Source: Gammaproteobacteria bacterium
GTDB taxonomy: Bacteria; Pseudomonadota; Gammaproteobacteria; Eutrophobiales; Eutrophobiaceae
Length of the DNA stretch: 64,000 bases
Assembly: GCA_965221695.1 (NCBI GenBank)
Contig: OZ244905.1
Location: 384,001 to 448,000 of the forward strand
Reading direction: 5' to 3'
Position numbers and translations under genes: made by a program
Notes under the pieces: generated by a model
Seen by the model: only the letters and a program-made list of their open reading frames with translations
Database searches by the model: none
Told to the model about the DNA's origin: nothing
Shown: positions 29,933 through 40,678 of the stretch, in pieces
Layout: each line of letters starts with the position of its first letter
Position numbering within the stretch: position 1 is the first letter of the stretch

Positions 29933-31456
29933 ATGTATCCGCAATTGACAAGACGGGGATTCAACCGGTTGATGCTCGGCACACTGGCCGCCGGCGCTTC
30001 GCAAAAACTTACGGCAGAACAATCCATGGATATTTCCCTTCTCTACGGCAACTCCGATGCCACCGCGCTTGCGGGCCTGGTGCGGAAGGGGGAAGTCACT
30101 GCAATGGAGTTGCTGGAAGAAGCAATCCGGCGTACCGAACTTGTCAACCCGGACATCAATGCGGTCACGCTCAAGCATTATGAACTGGCGCGGGATTACC
30201 TGAAACGACACAACCCGCCTGGCGGCCCGTTCGCAGGTGTTCCTTTCCTGCTCAAGGACCTGGGCGTACAGCTTGCCGGCACTACAACAACCGGTGGTTC
30301 CCGCATTCTCCAGGGCCTGGTAGCTGACCGGGACTCGGCGCTGGTACAACGCTATAAAGAAGCCGGCCTGGTGATATTCGGTAAAACGAATACGCCGGAA
30401 TTCGGCATGGCGCTCACAACCGAACCCGACCTGTTTGGTCCCTGCCGTAATCCATGGAACCTTGAGCACAGCGTCGCCGGTTCCAGCGGCGGGTCTGCCG
30501 CGGCTGTTGCGGCCGGCATCGTTCCCATCGCGCACGCTACCGACGGCGGTGGTTCCATCAGGGTGCCCGCCTCTGCCTGTGGCGTATTCGGCTTCAAACC
30601 TACCCGCGCGTTGACCGGCGGCGGCGACAGTCCGGCTGGCTTCAGCGTCGCCCATGTGGTCACCCGTTCCGTCAGGGACAGCGCGGCGATGCTGGACGCG
30701 AGCGCCGGGTCTGTTGCGGGCGCTTACTATGGCGCGCCGGGCGCGGCAACACCCGGTGGCTATCTTGGCGCGAGCAGAAAACCACCAGCTCGGCTTCGGG
30801 TCGCATTGAACCTCACAGAGCCTGATGTTGCCGTCGCTCCCGAAGTGGAACAAGCAGTGCGTCGTTGCGCGGCAACTCTTGAAACGCTGGGGCACAGTGT
30901 GGAAGAAGTGGCGCCCGGCATTGATTATGCTCAACTCAATGCCGCCCAGGAAGTTTTGATGATGGCGGAGTTTGCGCAGGGGATGCGCGGTCTTGAACAA
31001 AGCACGGGGCGGGCCGCGGATGCCCACCTCGAACCCCTGTCAGCGCATTTCATGGAGACAGGCAACGCGTATACGTCCCAGCAATACCTGGATTCATGGC
31101 AAACCTCAGCCGCAGCCGCACAGCAAGTTGCTAAGTTTCATCAAACCTGGGACATCATGTTGCAGCCCGTAACCGCCACACCCCCGCCCCGGCTGAACGT
31201 GATCGATGCCAGGGCAGACGATGATTACCGCAGTTTCGTCGACCGCTTCCGCAAATATTCTGCCTATACCCACCTGCAAAACATGACCGGCCAGCCCTCT
31301 GCCTCGATACCCATGGGCCTGACAACAAACGGCTTGCCTCTGGCGGCTATGGTCAGCAGTGGCGCGGGCACGGATGCCATGTTGATGTCACTGTGCGCGC
31401 AACTGGAAGCCGCGTTGGAATTTTCACGTATGCGGCCTCCCGTATTCAGGGCCTGA
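29933..31456 (+). CDS. Amidase-signature family enzyme with probable Tat signal
   Basis: LTRRGF twin-arginine motif; GKTNTPEFG, GSSGGSAAAVA and TDGGGSIRVPA. Confidence 0.88.
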   Translation: MYPQLTRRGFNRLMLGTLAAGASQKLTAEQSMDISLLYGNSDATALAGLVRKGEVTAMELLEEAIRRTELVNPDINAVTLKHYELARDYLKRHNPPGGPFAGVPFLLKDLGVQLAGTTTTGGSRILQGLVADRDSALVQRYKEAGLVIFGKTNTPEFGMALTTEPDLFGPCRNPWNLEHSVAGSSGGSAAAVAAGIVPIAHATDGGGSIRVPASACGVFGFKPTRALTGGGDSPAGFSVAHVVTRSVRDSAAMLDASAGSVAGAYYGAPGAATPGGYLGASRKPPARLRVALNLTEPDVAVAPEVEQAVRRCAATLETLGHSVEEVAPGIDYAQLNAAQEVLMMAEFAQGMRGLEQSTGRAADAHLEPLSAHFMETGNAYTSQQYLDSWQTSAAAAQQVAKFHQTWDIMLQPVTATPPPRLNVIDARADDDYRSFVDRFRKYSAYTHLQNMTGQPSASIPMGLTTNGLPLAAMVSSGAGTDAMLMSLCAQLEAALEFSRMRPPVFRA

Positions 31457-31578
31457 CAGGAAGGATAGACTGATGAACAAGATATCATTACTGTCTTTAA
31501 GCCTGGATATTGTGCCAGTGAATGCGATGATCACGCAGTTTGCAACAACATAAAAGGCTGAATTGGCCACATAAGTCT

Positions 31579-33318
31579 ATGAATATGAAAATATTATCGC
31601 CATGTACTAAGCGAACAGGCGCAATATTCGGTTTGTTGTTACTGTGCGCAGGCTGCTCCACTCCCCCGGATATGGCCGACCTGGTATTGAACAATGGCCG
31701 AATTTATACGGGTGACGATGCCACTCCCTGGGCTGAGGCAGTGGCGATCAAAGACGGGCATATCATCAGGATTGGCAGCGATGAAAATGTGCTCGCCGCC
31801 AGCGGTGAAAACACCCGAATCATTGACCTGGAGCAACGCATGGCAATGCCCGGCATCAATGACGCCCACAACCATGCGCTGCGCGGCGTTGCCAGCGACC
31901 TGTTCGAATGCAGGTTTCCGTTTACCGCCACGCCGGCGGAAGTAGCCATCAGAATCGAGTCCTGTGTCGGTGAAAATCCACCGGGTGAATGGATAACGGG
32001 CGGTCAATGGACCAGTGATTTTTTTGTGGATAACGACCTGGGATCGCCGCGGCGTTGGCTGGACCGCATCAGTGGATCCTATGCCATCGTGCTGAAAGAT
32101 GATTCCTACCATAATGTCTGGGCGAACAGCAAGGCATTGCAACTGGCCGGAATCGGCGCCGGCACGCCGGACCCGGAGGGCGGAAGAATCCAGCGCGAAG
32201 CGGATACCCTGAAACCGAATGGAGTCCTGGAAGAAACCGCCACCAGGCTACTCCTTGACCGGGTGCCGCCGTTTACACCCGAACAATTTGACCGCGCCGC
32301 AAGAGAACTGCAGAAGTTGCTGCCCGCATACGGGATAACCGGGTTCAAGATCGCCCGCGCACCGGATGCTGTCGCGGAAGCGTTGCTGCGGCTGGACCAT
32401 GCAAACGGACTGAAAATGCATGTCAGCCTGGCCTTGCATACGCCCAAAGGCCAGCGCAGCGAACCGTTGGACATCGAACTGCTGGAGGAGAATCGGCGCC
32501 GCTTTACTTCTGAACATATCGCTGCGGACAACGTGAAAATCTTTCTCGATGGCGTGCCGACCGCAGCCAGGACCGCAAAAATGCTGGCGCCTTACAAGCC
32601 TGGCGCCGGGTTTGACGCAGACTACACCGGCGAACTGTTGCTGGCGCCAGAGTTGCTCGCGGCTGACATTACCGCCCTGGACAAAGCCGGCTTCCGAATT
32701 AAGATCCATACCGCAGGTGACGGCTCGGTGCGGGTGGCGCTTGACGCGATCGCACAGGCCCGGCGCAACAATGGCTTTAACGGGCAAGTGCATGAACTCG
32801 CGCATGCGGGCTTTATCGATCCCGAAGACATTCCCCGTTTCGCCGCATTACAGGTTGCGCCGGAATTCTCCCCTTTTCTCTGGTTCCCATCGCCAATTAT
32901 CGACTCCATCATCAATGCGATCGGCGCGCGCGGTAAATTTTACTGGCCCACACGTGATTTGCTGGATGCCGGCGCGTTCATCGTTACCGGCTCGGACTGG
33001 CCGGCGGCGGTCAAGTCAGCCAATCCATGGCGCGGCATCGAGGCGATGGTGACGCGCCGCCATCCGGACAAGGATGAACCCGGGGCGCTGTGGCCGGAAC
33101 AAGCGATATCTCTTGAGGAAACGTTACGGATTTACACGGTGAATAATGCCGCGGCGTTGGGTTTGGCTGGCCGGACCGGACAACTTAAAACGGGGATGCT
33201 GGCAGACCTGATTGTACTTGACAGGAATTTGTTTGAAATCCCACCGGCGCAAATCAGCGAGACACAAGCGCTGTTGACGCTGTTCGGGGGAGAGATAATA
33301 TATGAGAGAAAGCTCTGA
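31579..33318 (+). CDS. Amidohydrolase_3 (YtcJ/NfdA-like), lipoprotein
   Basis: Lipobox CAGC; PGINDAHNH, KIFLDG, IHTAGD and GSDWP motifs. Confidence 0.88.
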   Translation: MNMKILSPCTKRTGAIFGLLLLCAGCSTPPDMADLVLNNGRIYTGDDATPWAEAVAIKDGHIIRIGSDENVLAASGENTRIIDLEQRMAMPGINDAHNHALRGVASDLFECRFPFTATPAEVAIRIESCVGENPPGEWITGGQWTSDFFVDNDLGSPRRWLDRISGSYAIVLKDDSYHNVWANSKALQLAGIGAGTPDPEGGRIQREADTLKPNGVLEETATRLLLDRVPPFTPEQFDRAARELQKLLPAYGITGFKIARAPDAVAEALLRLDHANGLKMHVSLALHTPKGQRSEPLDIELLEENRRRFTSEHIAADNVKIFLDGVPTAARTAKMLAPYKPGAGFDADYTGELLLAPELLAADITALDKAGFRIKIHTAGDGSVRVALDAIAQARRNNGFNGQVHELAHAGFIDPEDIPRFAALQVAPEFSPFLWFPSPIIDSIINAIGARGKFYWPTRDLLDAGAFIVTGSDWPAAVKSANPWRGIEAMVTRRHPDKDEPGALWPEQAISLEETLRIYTVNNAAALGLAGRTGQLKTGMLADLIVLDRNLFEIPPAQISETQALLTLFGGEIIYERKL

Positions 33319-33491
33319 CTAAATCAGAGATTACTATGGAAACTCTGACTTAATCAGAGGTTCTCTATGTAAGTTTTACTGGCTAACCTGCGCCCGGGAT
33401 CCCATTCCCGTGTAAACGGGAATCCTGTAAGACAACGAGGCGCTCTTTCGAGGGCACAGGTCAGTCAATAAAGTTACCATGTGAGGATACT

Positions 33492-34001
33492 ATGATGGAT
33501 GCCATAGCGTTGAAAGAATTGCAGGCGCCGTTCAAACAGCAATACACTGATGAACCTGCAACGGCCGTCATTACCATGCGCGCAGAAAGCCATTCTGCCG
33601 ATGGTATCGCCTGCAAGGTTGAAACCGGCAGGCAACTGGCGGAAGCCGGCCTGCATCCCGCCGCCGGTGGTGACGGAACCCAGCTTTGTTCCGGAGACAT
33701 GTTGCTGGAAGCGCTGGCTGCGTGCGCCGGCGTAACCCTGAAAGCGGTGGCCACGGCAATGGGCATCAACTTGACCAATGCAAGTGTTTATGCCGAGGGC
33801 GACCTGGATTTTCGCGGCACGCTGGCGGTGGACCGCGCTGCGAAGGTGGGGTTTAAGGACATTCGCTTGCGCTTTGTGCTGGAATCCACTGCGCCGGCAG
33901 AAACCCTGGATAAACTGATCCAACTGACAGAGCGTTATTGCGTCGTGCTGCAAACCCTGAAAGACAGTCCCGGCACGGCTGTAAGCGTCGATTACCACTG
34001 A
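33492..34001 (+). CDS. OsmC-family protein
   Basis: CSGDMLLEALAACAG and TERYCVV motifs. Confidence 0.85.
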   Translation: MMDAIALKELQAPFKQQYTDEPATAVITMRAESHSADGIACKVETGRQLAEAGLHPAAGGDGTQLCSGDMLLEALAACAGVTLKAVATAMGINLTNASVYAEGDLDFRGTLAVDRAAKVGFKDIRLRFVLESTAPAETLDKLIQLTERYCVVLQTLKDSPGTAVSVDYH

Positions 34002-34061
34002 TTCGATGAGTACGCGAACCTTACATGAGATATTCGTAGATCTGAACTGGAGGGTACAAGA

Positions 34062-35774
34062 ATGCACGGGAGAATCCCGACCTGTCTGCTTGCTGTTGTC
34101 TTAAGCGTATTATGCGGACCTGCCGCTGCCGATGCGCAGGTGGATACCATACTCACCAACGGCCTGATCCATACACTGAACCCGGAACAACCCAAGGCGG
34201 AAGCGCTGGCTATACGCGCCGGCGTGATTGTAGCCGTTGGCGATTCGGAAACCGTTATGTCCCTGGGAGGAGAACAGACCGAAACGGTAGACCTCAACGG
34301 CAAAACCGTGCTGCCCGGCTTCCATGACCTGCATGTGCATCCCTTGTTTGCCGGGGTCAGGCAAACGGAATGTACTATTGCTCAAGGTTCCACCCTGGAA
34401 CAGATTCAACTGGCAGTGCAAACCTGTATCGATAGGGCGAATGCGGGTGGCTGGATCACCGGCGGGCAGTGGGACGCATTCGCGATCGGTGATATCCCGG
34501 ATCGCACGATGCTCGACATGTTTTCACCTGAGAACCCGGTGCTGTTAAGCGATACCAGCGGCCACAGCGCCTGGGCCAATTCCAGGGCGCTGGCTGTCGC
34601 CGGCATCACGGCAGATACGCCGGACCCTGAGGGTGGCATAATTGAACGCGACCGCACCGGTGAACCCACCGGCATCCTGCGGGAATCGGCCATAATGCTG
34701 GTCAGAATGCATGTGCCGCCACCTTCGGATGAAACGCTGCGTAACGCGCTCAACTGGAGCCTTAAACAGATGCTGTCTCATGGCATCACTTCTTTTACGG
34801 AGGCATCAACAGGGTTTGTTGCCGGCATGGCCCGGGAAGCACAACTGTATGCGCAGATGGCTGATGCGGGACAGGTCAAGCAACGGGTCAGGCTGTGTTT
34901 GAACTGGGAACCCGGCAATGCAGAACTCGAAGCGGTGATCGAACAGCGCAACCTGTACGCACGCGACCATGTCGCCACCGATTGCATCAAGATTTTTCTC
35001 GATGGCGTGCCGACCGACAGCCATACCGCAGCGATGCTGGAACCTTATGCCCGCCCGATGGAAGGACGCGCGGATGCAGCAAGTCGCTACGGCATGCTGC
35101 TGGTGGAACAGGATATTCTGAACGAGGCGGTGACCCGGTTTGACCGAATGGGCCTGACCGTAAAGTTCCATGCCGCCGGTGACGCCGCAGTGCGCGCGGG
35201 CTTGAATGCCTTCGAGGCGGCACGTGCCGCCAACGGATTCAGTGGGCAGCTACACGATGTGGGTCATTGTACCTTCGTCGCAAGAGAAGACCTGCCCCGC
35301 GCGCGGACTATCGGGGCGACCTTTGAAGTGTCTCCCTACCTGTGGAGTCCCAGTCCGATCAACGATGATATTTCCAAGGAGGTCGGCGCTGAACGTACAC
35401 GGCGGGTATGGCCGGTACGGGAGATGCTCGAAGCCGATGCGCTGGTGGTCGCGGGCTCGGATTGGGCTGTCGTACCCTCGGTTAACCCGTGGATAGCGGT
35501 TGAGGCGCTGGTCACGCGGGAACTGCCGGGCGGCAGCGACACGAGTTTCGGCAAGGAACAGGCCATTACCCTGGAACAGGCCATCCGGTTGTTTACGGTC
35601 AATGCGGCCAAACACCTGGGCGTGGCGGACCAGCTCGGCCGTATCGAACCCGGCCTGCTGGCCGACTTGATCGTGGTCGACCGTGATCCCTACAGCATCC
35701 CGGTAACGGAATTGCACCAGGTCAGGGTTGAACAGACCATGATCAACGGTGAACAGGTTTACCAGGCAAAATAG
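34062..35774 (+). CDS. Amidohydrolase_3 (YtcJ/NfdA-like), exported; paralog of 31579-33318
   Basis: Signal peptide; PGFHDLHVH, KIFLDG, FHAAGD and GSDW motifs. Confidence 0.88.
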   Translation: MHGRIPTCLLAVVLSVLCGPAAADAQVDTILTNGLIHTLNPEQPKAEALAIRAGVIVAVGDSETVMSLGGEQTETVDLNGKTVLPGFHDLHVHPLFAGVRQTECTIAQGSTLEQIQLAVQTCIDRANAGGWITGGQWDAFAIGDIPDRTMLDMFSPENPVLLSDTSGHSAWANSRALAVAGITADTPDPEGGIIERDRTGEPTGILRESAIMLVRMHVPPPSDETLRNALNWSLKQMLSHGITSFTEASTGFVAGMAREAQLYAQMADAGQVKQRVRLCLNWEPGNAELEAVIEQRNLYARDHVATDCIKIFLDGVPTDSHTAAMLEPYARPMEGRADAASRYGMLLVEQDILNEAVTRFDRMGLTVKFHAAGDAAVRAGLNAFEAARAANGFSGQLHDVGHCTFVAREDLPRARTIGATFEVSPYLWSPSPINDDISKEVGAERTRRVWPVREMLEADALVVAGSDWAVVPSVNPWIAVEALVTRELPGGSDTSFGKEQAITLEQAIRLFTVNAAKHLGVADQLGRIEPGLLADLIVVDRDPYSIPVTELHQVRVEQTMINGEQVYQAK

Positions 35775-35825
35775 ATAGCGCCCACCCTGGGGGTGATATC
35801 CGCTGCGCTCCCTGAGAGGGGGCGC

Positions 35826-35937
35826 CTGTGCTGGCGACCAGTACGACTTTCAAACCCGATTGAACAAGCCTGTTGCTGATTACCTGCCCCATCTCGCCGG
35901 TGGCGCCGACTATAACAGCCATTCCCGGCTCTTGCAT
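35826..35937 (-). pseudogene. N-terminal fragment of an SDR oxidoreductase
   Basis: GAGG RBS, then MQEPGMAVIVGATGEMGQVI (Rossmann motif); loses SDR similarity after ~37 codons, near a REP-like sequence. Confidence 0.6.
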
Positions 35938-35950
35938 AGGCCTCTCCTCT

Positions 35951-36877
35951 TCAGGTATATGCCTCCATAAAACTCTGCGGCACATGGTGAGTCTGAGCAA
36001 AAGCCGCCTCTCCGAGGTTGTCCATGGTCCAAGTCAGGGTGGGATAATCCGGATACCATGTATAACCTTCGCAGAAAATTTCGTTGCGATTGCCCGAAGG
36101 ATCGAAGAAATACACCGTTTTGACCCGCGTGACGCCATGACGATCCATCATTTCCACAGGGATGTGGTATTTGCCAATGAGATCCGAGGCATGCACATGA
36201 TCCTGAACGGAATCAAGGCGAAATGACACATGATGCAATAGTCCGGGTTCCGGTTGCTGTACAAATGCGACATCGTGCGCTCTGGTCGAACAGGACATGA
36301 ACATCAGAACCGGCGTGCCATCATCAGTCACGATCTGCTCCGACAATCCAAAGCCTAGTATCTCGGTAAACAGCCTGGCGTTCTGTTCAATGTCCGGACC
36401 TGCGATCAAGCAGTGGTCCAGGCCATTAATGCGAAAGCCGCGACAAACGCCTTCATCGGGGATGACACCCGGGTTCACCGTGCCAAGAGTATTTCCGACG
36501 TATTCTTTCTCGGCAAACAGGTGCATTTCCTGCCCGGTGGGTAACTGAAGTCTCAGGCGCCGTCCCGATTTTGGATAAACGCCGGCTGCCACCTCTTCGA
36601 CATCAATACCGAAATCATTGATCCTGATTTTCAGTTCATCCAGTGTTGCATCGTTCCGGACCTTAAACGCCAGGTGATCAAGCCCCGGCCTGTCGCTTGT
36701 GCGCAAGATCACGCTGTGGTGGTCTTTTTCATCCCACGCCTTGTAGTAAACCAGGCCATTATCATCGACCAGGGTCTCGAGCAACCCCATGTGCTCACCG
36801 TAATGTTTCCTGGACTCATCCATGTCCATTACCCGCAACTGAACTTCCGCCAAACGCAATACACCATTCATGGACAT
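35951..36877 (-). CDS. xylE: Catechol 2,3-dioxygenase
   Basis: LDHCL, LHHVSF and RHGVT..TVYFFDPSGNRNE metal and catalytic motifs. Confidence 0.88.
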   Translation of the reverse strand: MSMNGVLRLAEVQLRVMDMDESRKHYGEHMGLLETLVDDNGLVYYKAWDEKDHHSVILRTSDRPGLDHLAFKVRNDATLDELKIRINDFGIDVEEVAAGVYPKSGRRLRLQLPTGQEMHLFAEKEYVGNTLGTVNPGVIPDEGVCRGFRINGLDHCLIAGPDIEQNARLFTEILGFGLSEQIVTDDGTPVLMFMSCSTRAHDVAFVQQPEPGLLHHVSFRLDSVQDHVHASDLIGKYHIPVEMMDRHGVTRVKTVYFFDPSGNRNEIFCEGYTWYPDYPTLTWTMDNLGEAAFAQTHHVPQSFMEAYT

Positions 36878-36952
36878 AGGCGCCTCCTCTCTTTGCTGTT
36901 TCTGATTTAGGAAACTCTGATTAAGTCAGAGCTTCCATTATACATTCAACTG

Positions 36953-37342
36953 TTACTCACCAATCGTTGCGCGTGCGGGCATCAGGTACCAGAGGATAGC
37001 CGCAACGATGAACAATGCCGGCACATCACCGACAAGATTCGACCGTTCGGAAACATCCACGATGGCATGAAGCAACATGATGCCGCCATGTACGATATTC
37101 GACCAAACGGTGAACCAGATTAGGCTGGTATGCTCCAAGGGATTTTTTGCCGCCAGTATGAGAAACACTCCCAGAGTGGCGTACACGCCCATGATCATCT
37201 GTTCATACTCCGGTTGCCTGGGCAGCCAGGTCCAGCCTGAGGCCTCGAACCCCATCATCAGAACAGGGACTCCGACCAGATAAATAACCCCGATGACATA
37301 TAACGCGCTACTCAAATACTTCAGTTTATCTTCTCGTTGCAT
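36953..37342 (-). CDS. Small membrane protein (DUF6632-like)
   Basis: 4 TM segments; MIMGVYATLGVFL..AKNP.EH.SLIWFTVWS. Confidence 0.7.
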   Translation of the reverse strand: MQREDKLKYLSSALYVIGVIYLVGVPVLMMGFEASGWTWLPRQPEYEQMIMGVYATLGVFLILAAKNPLEHTSLIWFTVWSNIVHGGIMLLHAIVDVSERSNLVGDVPALFIVAAILWYLMPARATIGE

Positions 37343-37521
37343 AACTGCCTCCGCTTGTTTTACCAGATTACCGATAATTTATACTTTGACTGGAGACTGA
37401 AGACAAGCCGCCGCCGGCTTAATCCGTCTTGCCAGTTATTTTCCTACAAATATTGCTCCAAGGAAATGAGTCAGGGGTACTTGCTGCGTAGCTTCTCCAC
37501 GTCGACGCTAATGATGCTATG

Positions 37522-38736
37522 TTATTTTACAGTCTTATCATAACCGGGAAGGCTCAAGGTTACCGCAGACGAAATGAGGATGACCAGCACAGCATACATC
37601 AATACCTCCCGGTATGACCCGTAGTTCTCAAAAGCCAGGCCGAACGCGTAAGGGCCCAGTGACGTGCCGACAAGAAAAGATACAAACAGGATACCGTAAA
37701 TCCTGCCGAAATTGGCGACCCCGAAGTAGCGACTGGTCAGGTAGGCCAGCATATCGATCTCAGCTCCCAGGCTCAAACCCACACAGAGCGCCGCAAAAAA
37801 GGCGAGAGAATTTACCGCGCCGGACGCGAGCACACCCACACCGATAGCGCTGATCAGAAAACAGGTAACGGCGACCCGTCTGGCATCAAAGCGATCGATC
37901 AAATACCCGATGAAAATACGCGAGCACACGATGGCAATGCCCAGGGTAGACTGTACCAACGCGGCATCGGCCGTGGTCATACCGCGATCGGACATCATCG
38001 GCGCCAGGTGTGCCAACACACCGTACAAGCCGAATGACAACAGGCTGAAGATCAGAAACAACTGCCATAACAAGCGTGATTTCAGCATCGGAACGATTTC
38101 CATGGAACTCTTTTCATGATGTATCCCGCGCGCCCCTGCCCTACCCTGTGCTGCCGGCGCATCGCGCAGGAAAAAATACACCAGCGGCACGGTCACAATC
38201 AGCGTAATTACCGCCAGGAAGAGATAACCACCGCGCCAGCCATGGGTATCGATAACATACTGAATGAGTGGTGGAACATAGGCAAACCCCATGCCGCTGC
38301 CGCCCATCGCGATCCCGATTGCCAGGCCGCGCCGGTTGTCGAACCAGGTGGTAATGGTGCGCAGGTAAGGCAACGCATTGGCGCCGGCGCCCAGGCAACC
38401 CATCAGGATATAGAGGAGAAACAGTTTCCAAAGGGTGTCGACGAACAGTGCAGGCAACGCAAGCAGTGCGGCAAAGACCAGGATGGAGGGCAATAACACC
38501 TTCCTGGAGCCAAAGCGGTCCACCAGCCGGCCGATAACGGGGATACTGAGCGCCAATGCGATAGTGAAGTACGTTGCCGCCAGGCTCACTTGGCTGCGAT
38601 CCCAACCGAATTCTTCACCAAACGGTTTGATAAACAGTGCGAGGGCGCCGAATGCAAACTGACCCGGACCGGTGGACATCGCAACCGCCGCCACCGCCAC
38701 GATCCACCAGCCGCGATAGGTTATGCGGTTTTCCAC
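37522..38736 (-). CDS. MFS transporter
   Basis: GRLVDRFGSR and WFDNRRGLAIG motifs. Confidence 0.9.
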   Translation of the reverse strand: MENRITYRGWWIVAVAAVAMSTGPGQFAFGALALFIKPFGEEFGWDRSQVSLAATYFTIALALSIPVIGRLVDRFGSRKVLLPSILVFAALLALPALFVDTLWKLFLLYILMGCLGAGANALPYLRTITTWFDNRRGLAIGIAMGGSGMGFAYVPPLIQYVIDTHGWRGGYLFLAVITLIVTVPLVYFFLRDAPAAQGRAGARGIHHEKSSMEIVPMLKSRLLWQLFLIFSLLSFGLYGVLAHLAPMMSDRGMTTADAALVQSTLGIAIVCSRIFIGYLIDRFDARRVAVTCFLISAIGVGVLASGAVNSLAFFAALCVGLSLGAEIDMLAYLTSRYFGVANFGRIYGILFVSFLVGTSLGPYAFGLAFENYGSYREVLMYAVLVILISSAVTLSLPGYDKTVK

Positions 38737-38835
38737 AGTAGGGTTAAGTACGTTATTATAGGAGACTCATGTATGGTGAGAAGATCCACAGTTAGTGCAG
38801 TTTAAGTTCTGTAGCTGACGCTGTCCAATAGCAAA

Positions 38836-40143
38836 ATGACAGACAGGTATGACAATGCCCGGCTTCGCTCGCTGATTCGCCCGGATTGTGTCCATAAAGA
38901 TGTCTATATAGACCCGGCAATATTCAGGCTGGAACTGCAACATATATTTTCCCGTTGCTGGCAATACCTGTGCCATCAGAGTCAGTTACCCAACTCCGGA
39001 GACTACCTGACCACCGATATTGCCGGAAATCCCATTATCGTTATCCGTCACGAAGACAACAGCATCAAGGTCTTGCACAATCGTTGTGCCCACAGGGGCG
39101 CGAAGGTGCTGGAACGCAGGCAAGGTCACACAAGAACATTGACTTGCAGCTATCACGGTTGGCGCTACGGGACCGACGGCGAGTTGCTTTCGATACCTTG
39201 CCGAGACAATTACCGGGATACGGATGTTGAGATTAACCGGAATGATTACAGGCTGTCTGAGATAAGGTCGGAAAGTTACCGCGGTTTCATTTTTGCGAAC
39301 CTGGCCCAGGATACTCCCGGTCTGATGGACTACCTGGGCAACGCCCGGCGCGCCTTGGACAACATGGTGGACCGGTCGCCGGAAGGAGAGATAGAAGCGG
39401 TAACAGGTTCGTTCAGGGTATTGTACCGAAATAACTGGAAGATATACCTGGAGAACCTTCACGATGGCATGCACCCGTTGCACGTACACCGGTCATCGAT
39501 CGATGCAAGTCGGACACAAATTGACCGAATCGCGAACACATCTGAGAAAACTGTTCCCCTCGCCCTACAACTGGTACAGGCAAACGACCAGGATTATCAG
39601 CAGATGGAAGAGCTGGAGGTTACCTGTTATGAATACGGCCACAGTGATATGCGCGGGTTCCGCAATCCTGATACTCTCAGCGACCCGGCCTACCGGGAAT
39701 ATGTGGACCGGCACCGGGCTAGTTATGGCAAACAGCGATCCACCCAAATCCTGAACATGAACCTGCACAACGTCAACTTCTATCCGGGTGCCTCTGCCCA
39801 CCCGCGCTTCCTGCAGTTGCGGGTGATCAAACCGCTGGCGGCAGACAGGACAGCCATTGAGATTAACGTGTTCCGCTGGAACGGCGCGCCGGAAGAAATC
39901 AACCGGAGAAATATCATCTATGCCAATACCGTTCATTCTCCCTCCTCGCTCATCAAGCCCGATGACCTGGAGGCCTACCGCCGCGTGCAGGAAGGATTGC
40001 GCGCAACCGGGAGTGAATGGGTCAGCCAGCATAGCCGCTTTGACCCGGATGCAGACAATGTCTCACCGCAGACCGCACTGAGCGAGCAATACATCCGCAA
40101 CCAGTACCGGGCCTGGCTGGCCTGTATGTGCCGGGAAACATGA
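38836..40143 (+). CDS. Aromatic ring-hydroxylating dioxygenase alpha subunit
   Basis: CAHRG...CSYHGW Rieske motif; NWKIYLENLHDGMHPLHVH. Confidence 0.9.
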   Translation: MTDRYDNARLRSLIRPDCVHKDVYIDPAIFRLELQHIFSRCWQYLCHQSQLPNSGDYLTTDIAGNPIIVIRHEDNSIKVLHNRCAHRGAKVLERRQGHTRTLTCSYHGWRYGTDGELLSIPCRDNYRDTDVEINRNDYRLSEIRSESYRGFIFANLAQDTPGLMDYLGNARRALDNMVDRSPEGEIEAVTGSFRVLYRNNWKIYLENLHDGMHPLHVHRSSIDASRTQIDRIANTSEKTVPLALQLVQANDQDYQQMEELEVTCYEYGHSDMRGFRNPDTLSDPAYREYVDRHRASYGKQRSTQILNMNLHNVNFYPGASAHPRFLQLRVIKPLAADRTAIEINVFRWNGAPEEINRRNIIYANTVHSPSSLIKPDDLEAYRRVQEGLRATGSEWVSQHSRFDPDADNVSPQTALSEQYIRNQYRAWLACMCRET

Positions 40144-40655
40144 TAATTACCGACCACATCAAACTGGGAACGCTGACTGAGACTGACCTGCGTGCGCTGG
40201 AACTGTTGCTGTACCGGGAAACGGAATACCTGGATCAGACCCGTTACGATGACTGGTTGGCGTTGTTCACCGACGATTGCCGATACTGGGTACCTGCAAC
40301 AAAAGGCCAGACAGACCCCGTCAACGAACTTTCCCTGTTCTATGAGGACCGCGACCTGATGGAAATGCGCATTGCCAGGCTGCGTCATCCGCGGGCACAT
40401 TCCCTGGATAATCCCGTGACCACGAGTCATGTCACCGGTGACAAGATGATTGAAGATATCGATGCCGCTTCAGGCCAGATAATCGTCACCACACGGTTCC
40501 AGATGACAGAACACCAACGGGGCAAACAACGCCTGTTCGCCGGTACCTACCGTTACTGTTTACGCCGGGTAGATAAGGATTTTAAAATCAGTCTCAAGCG
40601 AGTGGACTTGATCAACTGCGACGCCTGCCACGAATCTTTGCAGGTGTTCATATGA
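40140..40655 (+). CDS. Aromatic ring-hydroxylating dioxygenase beta subunit
   Basis: LYRETEYLD..YDDWLALF..YWVP and KRVDLIN; coupled to the alpha gene. Confidence 0.88.
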   Translation: MIITDHIKLGTLTETDLRALELLLYRETEYLDQTRYDDWLALFTDDCRYWVPATKGQTDPVNELSLFYEDRDLMEMRIARLRHPRAHSLDNPVTTSHVTGDKMIEDIDAASGQIIVTTRFQMTEHQRGKQRLFAGTYRYCLRRVDKDFKISLKRVDLINCDACHESLQVFI

Positions 40656-40678
40656 GCCAACTCTTACAGGTTATCTGA

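Noticed and set aside
23151-33364. Palindromic ~27-bp repeats as a CRISPR array or integron attC sites
   Set aside because: They are dispersed kilobases apart with no regular spacers, no cas or intI gene, and no RYYYAAC/GTTRRRY boxes.
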